A DNA stretch of 64,000 bases from an uncultured delta proteobacterium. GTDB taxonomy: Bacteria; Desulfobacterota; Binatia; UBA9968. Every line of letters begins with the position of its first letter. Positions within the stretch are counted from its first letter, which is position 1. Under the pieces are notes generated by a model. The model was not told the origin of the DNA, searched no databases, and worked only from the letters and a program-made list of their open reading frames with translations. Where the stretch lies: positions 448,001 through 512,000 of the forward strand of contig CAVUZH010000016.1 in NCBI GenBank assembly GCA_963745835.1, written 5' to 3'. Shown in pieces: positions 30,238 to 39,846 of the stretch. Position numbers and translations under genes: made by a program.

Positions 30238-30810
30238 CTAAAGACTCCATGTGGCTCTTTGTCCTTTCGCAACCCGCAGAACTTTGAATGCCTCAAAATA
30301 ACCATCAGGTGTCCACTCCGTGAACTCGATCTGCCCAACCAGCTCAGGTTTGAGCCAGACGCAGTCCTTCATCTCTTCACGTGTGAGCGCCCACTGTGTG
30401 CGTTTCTTCTCTGGCAGGTTAGCGAGCCGACACATTTCAGTCTCTAACGCCTTCAACTTCGACCAAACCAACCGCCGTAAACGCGGGACGAAGCCATTGC
30501 GCACATTGCTCGCAAACATAAGCTTGTCGCCTTCATAGTAGCCGACGATAAGCGCATCAAGTGGGTTGTTTGGGATATACCCGTCGATCGCAACTCCTGT
30601 GCTTTGTTGTCCTTGTACTTGAGCCAGGCGCCGCTGCGCTTACCGGACTCCTAGCAGGAGTCTCGGCGCTTGGCGATGATTTCCTCGAAGCCAAATTTTT
30701 TCACTAACGGGATCAACTCGGCTGAGGTTGTATCAAGCGTATCGGACAATCCGATGAGAGGAGTGCGTGTCTTTAAGTCCGTCGGCTATCTCACTTAGCA
30801 ACTCACGTCT
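30238..30810 (-). pseudogene. ATP-dependent DNA ligase (LigD ligase/OB domain) remnant
   Basis: IIAKRRDS, SGKRSGAWLKYK, DALIVGYYEG and WLKPELVGQIEFTEWTPDG; internal stop and no N-terminus. Confidence 0.8.
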
Positions 30811-30818
30811 ATCCTCAC

Positions 30819-30968
30819 CTACCGCAGAGAGGTACTTGCCCGCTGGTGCTTGCCTTCAGCTCCTTGCAACCATCCGAGAATCACCTTAGCGACGATAAAT
30901 GCGATGATTGCCGCAGCTGCAAGGACCACTGCCAACGCGATGAGGAAGTCAAACAATAATTTGGTCAT
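30819..30968 (-). CDS. Small single-TM hypothetical protein
   Basis: GGAG RBS; MTKLLFDFLIALAVVLAAAAIIAFIVAKVILGWLQG. Confidence 0.5.
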   Translation of the reverse strand: MTKLLFDFLIALAVVLAAAAIIAFIVAKVILGWLQGAEGKHQRASTSLR

Positions 30969-31338
30969 GATGTTTCTCTCCATGCCCAAACTTCCTGGAG
31001 CTGCCGCACAGCCGCTACTGTATGAGCAACGATAAGCACGCAGAGACAAAACCCCAAAACCCAATCCGATGACGAGAGATTAAAGCCAACCTCGTATGTC
31101 TACCATGATCGCCCCCTTGGGCCTCGCCAGCGCAGCGCCTTTGACAGGGCGTCAAAGGAAGGCGGGTTGTCGCTTGCAGGGTTGTCGCTGCGCAGCGAGG
31201 GCGCGGTTAATAGCACAAACAATACGGGTCGATCAAGGCTCCGTGAGACCGTCATGAAGCAGCGCGGAGACTATGTAGGAGATCCTACTTTTATTCGCGC
31301 CCACCAACTCGGCTGTTTGTGCTAGAATATGTGCCGCT

Positions 31339-31608
31339 ATGGCTGTCCTGCATATCACCTATAACCACAATCCACAGACTTCCAAAGCAGGCTATGTTGG
31401 TTTTTATAAGGTAATAACAAGCTACCAATACCGAAGATTGTCTCAATCGCATTGGACGATCAACACGGAGGAGTCGCCGCAAGCGGTCTGGCAGAAACTC
31501 AAACAATACATCGACCCGAGTGACTACTTGCTTATGATGCCCCTTGATCCGACTTGGTTCTCTGCAAAGGACCGGAGGGTTCTTGGTTGGTTAGCGGCGG
31601 GACCATAG
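31339..31608 (+). CDS. Small hypothetical protein, possible Cas2/VapD-like ferredoxin fold
   Basis: MAVLHITYN...RLSQSHW.I...V..KLKQYID..D.LLMMPL pattern. Confidence 0.6.
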   Translation: MAVLHITYNHNPQTSKAGYVGFYKVITSYQYRRLSQSHWTINTEESPQAVWQKLKQYIDPSDYLLMMPLDPTWFSAKDRRVLGWLAAGP

Positions 31609-32129
31609 GCGAGCGCTGAAGCGGTAATCCAGTACAGCTATGAGATTGCCGGCCATCCATGTTGATGGATTATGCGAATGGCAGTCGCCGGCCTGAGCGT
31701 AGTCCATCATGAGATCGCGCGTATCGCGGGTAGGATATTTAACACATAGAGGAAGCCGAGGCGCATAGGTCGGAGCTTGCCGAAAACAAGTGGATAAAAG
31801 ATGTTCGGAAGTTTAGTTGCGGGTCTCCTCGTCCTTACGTCGATCGTTTTGGCTCGGCGTGGGAGAACAAGCATCTGCCGGCGATGCCGATCTCGGATCC
31901 GGCGTTGGTTCTCACATTGTCCCGTCTGCGGCGCTAAACAGGATTAATTGGCTTAGCCATACTCTCCGATCAAGCGTTACGTCCTGCCAAGCTGCCGGAC
32001 CATTGATCGGCTCGAGGCGAGTGAATACCGTTGCGTCGGGAATCGCCACGCGTACATCGCGCTCTACTCGTTCGACCAGATCATGCCCGCGCTGAATGGA
32101 AGGAAATAAACGACCGCACTCCCGCCTGC

Positions 32130-32370
32130 CGCGTGCGCAGCGTATGGCGGCATAGCAGTCGCGCTCCCGTCAATAAAATATTGACGGCGACACACAGCGC
32201 GATCACCGCATCAAGACGCGTCCAGCCGGTCAGGGCGACAATCGCGATTGCGGCAACCACACCGGCTGAAGTCCAGACATCGGTCATTAGGTGATGGGCG
32301 TCCGCTTCAAGTGTGATAGAGCGATACTGTTTGCTGCCGCTGAGCAAATGCCGGGCAACGAACAATTGAG
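32130..32370 (-). pseudogene. Cation diffusion facilitator (FieF-like) internal fragment
   Basis: SITLEADAHHLMTDVWTSAGVVAAI...GW.RLD..IA motif of CDF TM5-6, flanked by unrelated sequence. Confidence 0.75.
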
Positions 32371-32827
32371 CGCCGCTGCTATAGCCGATTCCGCAAGACG
32401 GTACCGACTTGCTCCAACGGCTGCGGCGTAAATCAATCGTGGCACCGCCGTCCAGGCGATGCTCAGGCGACCAGTTTCCTGCCCGCCCCAAACGCCAGCG
32501 GCGCAGTCGCAGCCTGTTTGTCACCGCGAAGTTTCAATCCTTTGCCTTGTCCAGTCGACTTCGGTCTCGTAGAGGTAAGTTTTCCTTTCCTCGTAATAGT
32601 TCCCCTGAGGCTTGGGTATCCATACCGCATGCCCTCCAGAGCTGACGCTGACGTGCGGAAACCATAAGAACATGGTAATCCGAGTGAAAAGACTGGTATG
32701 GTGTTCTCGAATTGAGATGGGGCGAGCAGGCGCACTCAAACGACTTGGCGCCTACAGATCAAGACATGATGGTGCCGGCCTGTCCCTGCCAGGCAGGAAC
32801 TTTGTATGACGATGGACGAAGTAAATC

Positions 32828-34200
32828 ATGAGCAGCGCTAAAGCCACATGCGCCTGGAGAAGAGCACTTCATTGTTTCAGTCTGCTGATTTTTTTGCACC
32901 TGAGTGGGACAGCGTTCGCTCAGAAAACCCCAGTAGTTTACGTCGCGCCCATCGACGGCATGATAGATCTTGGGCTCGCGCCGTTTGTCGAGCGCGTTCT
33001 CCGCGAGGCCACCGATGCAGGCGCGGCAGCGGTTATTCTCGAGATCAACACTTTCGGCGGCAGGGTGGATGCGGCGGTTGTCATACGCGATGCGCTGCTC
33101 AACAGCCAGATTCAGACGGTGGCGTTTGTCAATAAGAGAGCAATTTCCGCAGGCGCGCTCATTGCCCTTGCGACTAAGAAAATCGTCATGGGCGACGGCG
33201 GAACCATCGGCGCCGCAACTCCGGTGCAAATGGGCCAGCCCGGCGCGCCAGCGCAGCCGGTGGAGGAAAAAACCGTTTCCTATGTAAGAAAAGAGTTTCG
33301 CGCCACGGCAGAAGCGCGCAAGCGCCCCCCGCTGATCGCCGAAGCCATGGTGGACGCCGACGTGGAGATCCCGGATCTAATTGAAAAAGGAAAGCTCTTG
33401 ACGCTTACGACCGACGAGGCGCTGAAGCACAAGATTGCCGAGTTTCGCGCCGACACCATGGCGGAGGTCCTGAACCAGTTGGGGCTTGCGGGGGCCGAGG
33501 TGCGGCGCGCATCTCCCAACTGGGCGGAGAACTTTGTTCGCTTTCTCACCCATCCGGTAGTTAGCTCACTTCTCATGACGATTGGTATCCTGGGAATTAT
33601 TCTGGAGATTCGATCGCCCGGCTTCGGAGTGCCGGGGATTCTCGGTATTGGCAGCCTGGCGCTTTTCTTCTGGGGGCATTGGTTGGTCCAGCTCGCCGGC
33701 TGGGAGGAGATCCTGCTCGTCGGTTTCCGGCGTTCGTCCTGCTTGCAGCTGAGATCTTTATCATTCCCGGCTTCGGTGTGGCCGGAGTCCTGGGCATAGG
33801 GGCGCTGCTTTCGGGCCTGAGTCTGAGCCTAATCGGCGGCGGCGCGACGTGGGATTTCATACTCAAAGCCGTAGGTCGAGTTATTTTTTCTTTGCTGCTC
33901 GCTTTGATTGGAAGTCTAGTGCTGTTGCGCTTTCTACCGCGATTGCCGTTCGGCAAGCGGTTGATTCTGGAAACCGGGCTTGCCGCGGGTGAGGGTTATG
34001 CTTCGCCGCCCGAGACCGATCGCAATTGGCTCGGTAAAGGCGGCACAACGGTTTCTCCGCTGCGGCCCTCCGGGATTGCCGATGTCGAAGGCGAGCGAGT
34101 GGATGTCGTCTCCGATGGCGAATTCATTGAGGCGGGAGCAGAAATTGTCGTGAGTCGCGTCGATGGCAACCGCATCGTGGTGCGGCGCCATCGCCCATAA
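32828..34200 (+). CDS. nfeD: NfeD/YqeZ-type membrane-bound ClpP-class protease, frameshifted near 33725
   Basis: [37 protein letters not shown] and C-terminal OB fold LRPSG...VDVVSDG. Confidence 0.9.
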
Positions 34201-34217
34201 TTGAAAGGGGTGGAAAA

Positions 34218-35198
34218 ATGTTCGGAGCCGAAACCGGTATAGCTGGAGGATTCGTGGTGCTCCTAGCGCTATTAGTGGCGATCGTCTTCGTATTGTATCT
34301 GGTTCCGATTCCGCTCTGGATTGCCGCCTGGGCCTCGGGTGCTTACGTGGGACTTCTCACGCTCATCGGCATGAGACTCCGGCGGGTGCCGCCGGGAACC
34401 GTCGTTACCGCGCGCATCAGCGCGGTCAAAGCCGGGCTGAATATTCCACTTAACGATCTCGAGGCGCATTTCCTCGCGGGCGGCAATGTCGTCAGGCTCG
34501 TCAACGCCATGATCTCGGCGGATAAGGCTAACATTCCACTGCCGTTCAAGCGCGCCGCCGCCATCGATCTGGCCGGGCGCGATGTGCTCGAAGCGGTTAA
34601 GATGTCGGTCATTCCGAAAGTCATCGAGACGCCGAAAATCGCCGCGGTCGCCAAAGACGGCATCCAGCTGATCGCGGTCTCTCGCGTCACGGTTCGCACC
34701 AACATCGACCGGCTGGTCGGCGGTGCCGGTGAGGAGACGGTCATCGCGCGCGTCGGCGAGGGCATGGTGAGCACCATCGGCTCGGCGGCGACGCACAAGG
34801 CGGTGCTGGAGAATCCCGATCACATTTCAAAGAATATCCTGAGCAAGGGGCTTGATGCCGGAACCGCCTACGAGATCCTTTCCATCGACATCGCCGATGT
34901 CGATGTCGGTCAGAACATCGGCGCGAAGCTGCAAATCGACCAGGCCGATGCCGACAAGCAGATCGCCCAGGCCAAGGCGGAAGAGCGCCGCGCTATGGCC
35001 GTAGCGTTGGAGCAGGAGATGCGCGCCCGGGTCGTCGAAGCCGAGGCGGAGGTGCCGCGCGCCATGGCCGAGGCGTTTCGCCAGGGGAATCTCGGCATCA
35101 TGGACTATTATAAAATGAAGAACGTTCAGGCCGACACGGCGATGCGTGACTCGATCGCCGAAACCGGCGAAGAACCTCCAGGCGGTCAAAGGAGATAG
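34218..35198 (+). CDS. floA: Flotillin-like protein FloA (YqfA family)
   Basis: [47 protein letters not shown] and [13 protein letters not shown]. Confidence 0.93.
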   Translation: MFGAETGIAGGFVVLLALLVAIVFVLYLVPIPLWIAAWASGAYVGLLTLIGMRLRRVPPGTVVTARISAVKAGLNIPLNDLEAHFLAGGNVVRLVNAMISADKANIPLPFKRAAAIDLAGRDVLEAVKMSVIPKVIETPKIAAVAKDGIQLIAVSRVTVRTNIDRLVGGAGEETVIARVGEGMVSTIGSAATHKAVLENPDHISKNILSKGLDAGTAYEILSIDIADVDVGQNIGAKLQIDQADADKQIAQAKAEERRAMAVALEQEMRARVVEAEAEVPRAMAEAFRQGNLGIMDYYKMKNVQADTAMRDSIAETGEEPPGGQRR

Positions 35199-35208
35199 AG
35201 GAGAGGTT

Positions 35209-35571
35209 ATGCAGGATATCCCGTTCACACAGATTCTGGTCCTCCTCGCGTTCATCTTGTATCCGTTAATCAGCTGGCTGCTGCAACGAATGCAGCGCCG
35301 TTTCGAGAGCCGAGCTCCGAGGCGACTGCCTCCGCAACCTGCACCTCGGACATTCGCCAAACCGCCGCCCATAGAAGTCATCGCTTCGGCCAGGGAACCA
35401 GCGCCTCCTTCCAAACTATCCGGGAACTTACGGGCCAGGAGAAATCAATCCAGGAGATCACTTTTCCGCAGCCGTGGCGATCTGCGGCGCGCCATAATCT
35501 TGATGACTGTATTAGGACCCTGCCGCGCTAACGATTCGCTAGATGCCGAAGAGCGATCACTCAAAGAATAG
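35209..35571 (+). CDS. Hypothetical membrane-anchored protein in the YqfB position
   Basis: GAGGAG RBS, N-terminal TM, Pro-rich linker and C-terminal LRRAIILMTVLGPCRA. Confidence 0.65.
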   Translation: MQDIPFTQILVLLAFILYPLISWLLQRMQRRFESRAPRRLPPQPAPRTFAKPPPIEVIASAREPAPPSKLSGNLRARRNQSRRSLFRSRGDLRRAIILMTVLGPCRANDSLDAEERSLKE

Positions 35572-36116
35572 GCGCGGCCATCTTCCTGCGACCGAAGTTC
35601 GTAATCAACTCGGGACTACGCCTCCGTCATTCTCATTCCGGATAGCAATCGAGAGCGGGAGCCATGATAATCAAAATATGTGGGAGCTGCCCTATCAGTC
35701 GGCCTTTATGAACCGATTTACCTAGCAAGATCGTGACAACCCGCAAAAAAAATCACGCCGGGGTGGATAATAGACGAAGGGCAAATCCGATTGTTCTGAT
35801 GATCGCGCAGCGCTGGGCGTACAGAACTGCCATACGTTTTACTGGGCAGTGTGGCTGAACACGTCCTTCGGAAAGTGTCTTACGACATCTTGGTGGCACG
35901 ATCCGGCTCTTTAGCTTTTGAACTCCCGTAGAAATATCGCTATGCCTACGCAGAGGATGGAACGAGTCACGATGCGCTTAGCCTCTAATGGAGAAGCGAC
36001 AACAAGCGAGTACTGTGGAAAGTACCGGCATAATAGGCGACCGCTGCCGAATTTAAAGTTCAGCCTCTCGCGGGATTATTCATGAGCCGTTCCGGACGGC
36101 GCAGAGGTCGGATTGC

Positions 36117-36310
36117 ATGTCGACCGCTCTTTTAGAATTCTTAGCTTCTGCGACCATCATTGTCGTGAGCGGGATCGGCATGGCCCGTATGTCTGATGCC
36201 ATTTCTTGCGTGACGGCGGCTGGGCCACTTGCTCGGTGGTGCTCTTCTTGTCGCGACCGCGACCTCACTGCCGGATTTACTCGTGGGTATCAACGCGGTC
36301 CGCACTTACG
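36117..36310 (+). pseudogene. Na+/Ca2+ antiporter (YrbG-like) N-terminal remnant
   Basis: MSTALLEFLASATIIVVSG..MARMSDAI, then GGALLVATATSLPDL (alpha-1 repeat); truncated. Confidence 0.7.
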
Positions 36311-36445
36311 ATTCGGAGCCCCGGGAGGTAGGCGAATCCCGAATGGCCTGTCCGGAACGCCACATAATGGAAACGACCGCTGTACGGATAGGCAGACGCC
36401 GGCGGCGATAGAGACTTAAGCGGCGGCGTCATGAAGGTTGGAAAA

Positions 36446-37804
36446 TTATAGGGCAGGCGAATCGGGGCGGGACTTTCGCTCTCGAATCACCTGCAGCATC
36501 TGGTCATCGGTGATGAATTTGAAATCCCAGGTTTTTCTGTTGCGGGCTTCCTCGTGTTCAACACTCTCAAGGATCTCGACGTCTTCTTTGGTCACGACGG
36601 AAACTCCCTTCTTTTCGAGTATGTCGAAAATGGCTTCGATCTTGGCTTCCATCTCGCCGGACGTAAATCCTTCCTTGGCGCTCAAGTACGCGTTAACCAC
36701 TTTCATACCTCTCTCCGCGTCCTGCTTAGCGACGCCGACCAGGCCGACGCTGGCATTGCGCGACCAACCGGCAACATAAATGCCCTCGAGCACTCTCGCC
36801 GCTTCAGGATCATAGGGCTGGTACGCCGCCGGGTTAGGATCGGCGGGAAGTTTTCCAGGATTAGTCACGAAAACGCCGCGCGAGAACGGCAGACCGAGCG
36901 ACGCGTCGACTTGATCACCGATCGCGTAAATGACGCAATCGACTTCGATCTGAGCATGTTTACCGGTTCCTTTCGCGACCGTACGGCCATCCTGAAGTAT
37001 CAACTCGTTCTCTTCGACTTCAAGCGCGGCGACGCGGCCGCGATCATCGGCGATAACTTTCGTAGGTGAACACAGATAACGGAATTGCAACCTGCGCCCT
37101 TCGGCAGGCTCTCCCTGTTTGACGAATTTTTCGATGATCTGATCAATGTTCTGTCCCACCGCCGTAAGCTGCGGCCGGATGCGCTCAATCTCATTTTTCA
37201 TTTCAGAGTTATCGAGATATTGTTCAATCACCTCAAATTCGCCGTCATCGTAGGCCTTCTCGAGCGGCCCGCGCCGCGCTACCACGACGACTTGATCGAT
37301 CTTCTTGTGATTCAACAACCAGTTACCGATATCGACCATGACGTTACCCATGCCGATGATGGCAACTCTGCGCCCAATTTCGAAATGTCGTTGGCTAAAC
37401 GGCGGCAACGAATTGTAGTGGTAAACGACATCTTTCGCGTGATAAACACCAACGCTTTCTTCCCCGGGAATGCCGAGTTTCTTGGTCCCCTGCGCTCCTG
37501 CCGTCACAACGATGGCGCTAAGACCAATTTGGTTGAGATCGGCTAGCGAAAGCGCCTGATCATGTCCGACGCTGACATGGCCAAGATAAAAAACTTTTGG
37601 GTCACCGAGGATTTTCTTGAACTGTTTACGCAGGCCGGTTTTCATCTTCTCCTTGTCCACGAAGATCCCGTATTCCGCCAAACCGCCTGGCTTAATATCG
37701 CGATTCAACAGAACAACACGATGCCCTGCCTCTGCAAGCTTGCGAGTGCCATAAATACCAGCGGGCCCAGCGCCGATAACTGCCACCAAGTGCTGCTTGC
37801 TCAT
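36446..37804 (-). CDS. Ferredoxin--NADP+ reductase, adrenodoxin reductase/FprA type
   Basis: VIGAGPAG, PGGLAEYG, LGIPGE, IGMGNVMVD, ARRGP and YVAGW. Confidence 0.85.
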   Translation of the reverse strand: MSKQHLVAVIGAGPAGIYGTRKLAEAGHRVVLLNRDIKPGGLAEYGIFVDKEKMKTGLRKQFKKILGDPKVFYLGHVSVGHDQALSLADLNQIGLSAIVVTAGAQGTKKLGIPGEESVGVYHAKDVVYHYNSLPPFSQRHFEIGRRVAIIGMGNVMVDIGNWLLNHKKIDQVVVVARRGPLEKAYDDGEFEVIEQYLDNSEMKNEIERIRPQLTAVGQNIDQIIEKFVKQGEPAEGRRLQFRYLCSPTKVIADDRGRVAALEVEENELILQDGRTVAKGTGKHAQIEVDCVIYAIGDQVDASLGLPFSRGVFVTNPGKLPADPNPAAYQPYDPEAARVLEGIYVAGWSRNASVGLVGVAKQDAERGMKVVNAYLSAKEGFTSGEMEAKIEAIFDILEKKGVSVVTKEDVEILESVEHEEARNRKTWDFKFITDDQMLQVIRERKSRPDSPAL

Positions 37805-37963
37805 CGAGTGAAGTCCCTTGTCAGAGTTTTAGGGGTATTAAGAAGATTGATAGCTTCGTTGATTCGAGCGCGTCGCGCGTCGTGTTTGCGGGCAAGGGGA
37901 GTAACCGGCGGGGATAACTTCAATCGGCCGACTGGAACTGAGTCACGGCCGGAAGCGATGCCG

Positions 37964-38233
37964 TTACTGAAGCTCCCGTTTTCCCTCGTATTCGAGCTCG
38001 GTGCCCCGCGAGTCTTTGTGCGTAAAGGATACTAGTTCCCAAGAGCCATCTTCTAACGGCCCCTTGAGAATATATGAGTTCTCATCGCTACCCACAACAC
38101 GATAATAACAGGCTTGCTCGCCGTACCACCGATCTGCCACGGCTTGAATCTCGATGGTTCGGATGCCCAACATAAATCGGGACGGCGTTTCCTGTCCTTT
38201 AGCATCGGAAATCGATTCCACTTTAATTTTCAC
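37964..38233 (-). CDS. Conserved-looking small hypothetical protein
   Basis: ETPSRF...V.DRWYG....YYRV...D...YIL......WEL pattern. Confidence 0.65.
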   Translation of the reverse strand: MKIKVESISDAKGQETPSRFMLGIRTIEIQAVADRWYGEQACYYRVVGSDENSYILKGPLEDGSWELVSFTHKDSRGTELEYEGKRELQ

Positions 38234-38304
38234 GGCGGCTCTCTTTTACTAAAAGTTTGATCACCGTAATATACGTCAATATTCTCCCAAATTAAAGGAG
38301 CTTT

Positions 38305-39001
38305 ATGGGACCGGACCTGGAGCAATTGAAGAAAGACGTGGTCAGCGCCTGTCGTATCCTTTCGCGGCAAAAATTGGTTGAAGGATTTGGCCACGTCAGC
38401 GCCCGCATCATCGATTCAGATCGATTTATCATCACACCCAGGATTAGCCTCGCTCTGGTCACCGAAGCCGAGCTGCTAACCATGAATTTGAATGGCGAAG
38501 TAGTTGCCGGCAACTCATCCTGCTCCGTTTGAGGCGGCGCTCCACGCTAGCATCATGAAGATCAAGCCGCGGATCAATGCAATTACCCGAATCCACGCTC
38601 GTGTAGCCAATATTTTCTCGGTGACGGACCGGAAGTTAGAGCCGGTCCATAATCACGGCAGTTTTTTTGCCGGCGGTGTTCCGGTATTTTATGTGCCTGA
38701 CCTTATTTCTACGGCAGAACTCGGCGAACAGGTCGCAAGCACGATGGGTGACCAACCGGCCGTTTTGCTCAGAGGTAATGGCCAGGTGACCGTCGGCAGG
38801 ACAGTAGCCGAGGCGGTGATGATGGCGATCTATTTGGAGGAAGCAGCAGAGATTCTGCACGGCGCGCTGCAAATCGGCACGCCAATTCCGCTGACTACTG
38901 ATGAGGCGGCTAAACGTCAGGTCGAGGCATTACCGCCGGTCGATCTGGAAAGAGCGTGGAACTACTTCAAGGACCAAGTCGGTGTTAAACAAATTGGTTG
39001 A
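38305..39001 (+). CDS. Class II aldolase/adducin family protein, frameshifted near 38515
   Basis: GFGHVSAR, FIITP, EAALH and VLLRGNGQVTVG. Confidence 0.85.
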
Positions 39002-39021
39002 AGTGGGGGCAAGCGCAAGCG

Positions 39022-39053
39022 AAAAAAACGGCGCTCCTGTGGGAGCGCCGTTT
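39022..39053 (-). terminator. Rho-independent terminator of the Rieske/cytochrome b operon
   Basis: AAACGGCGCTCC-tgtg-GGAGCGCCGTTT stem with a 7-U tract on the minus strand. Confidence 0.85.
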
Positions 39054-39075
39054 CAGAACGATTAAACCCAAGAGG

Positions 39076-39790
39076 TTACTTGCCTGCTACCTCGAAGCTA
39101 ACCTTCGCATCCTCTTTCGCTTTGACAGTGACCTTCTGGGTATTCTTGCCAAGCTTCTCGTGCCAAACTTCCATCGTATAAGAGCCAGCCGGCACGTCAG
39201 TCAGCTTGAAATTCCCCGAGTTATCCGTAACCGCAACATAAGGAGATTCGGTGGCTACCAACCAACCGTGCATCCAGCCATGCACATCGCACTTGACTTC
39301 GATGGCTTCCGGTTTGTCGATCTTGACATCCAAAGTCTTCTTGAATTTCGGCTGCGCCATATTAAACGGGCTGTTTGCTTTGCTGTAAGAGTGAACGTTG
39401 TGAAGAATGCCGTCCGGATTCAGAATCTCCACAGTAGTCCCGACCGGAAAGGCAAGCACATGAGGCTGATACTCACATCCCTTTTGATCGAGCGTTACTT
39501 TTTTGGCATCGATCTTCTTACCGGTTTTGATATCGGTAATCGTCACCACTGCGTTGGCGAGATTGCCATTATTTACAACTAACGACTGATCAACCTTTGG
39601 GGTTTTTACCACAAACCTCTTTGTCCTTACTGACCTCGAGCTTCTTCGGCGCTGGCGCGGTACCTTTGAATTTGACGGTACCGGAGATCGAGCCGCCATC
39701 CTTTACATCTCCGCCTTTATACTGGGCCATGCTGGTTGCGGGTAAAGCGAATATTGCGGCTGATAGAACTATGGATCCAAACTTCGTCAT
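39076..39790 (-). CDS. Exported cupredoxin-like / carboxypeptidase-regulatory-domain protein, frameshifted at the A-run near 39605
   Basis: Signal peptide, GSISGTV, LDQKGCEYQPHV, LHNVH, KCDVHGWM and VPAGSYTMEVWHE. Confidence 0.8.
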
Positions 39791-39846
39791 ACTATCCTCC
39801 TTGTTAGTTGTCGTTAATTAATTAGACGAAAAGCAAACTTTCGTAT

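Noticed and set aside
36446-37804. Ferredoxin-NADP reductase as part of an electron-bifurcating Rieske/b complex
   Set aside because: Separated from the operon by a strong terminator and an oppositely oriented aldolase gene; no evidence of linkage
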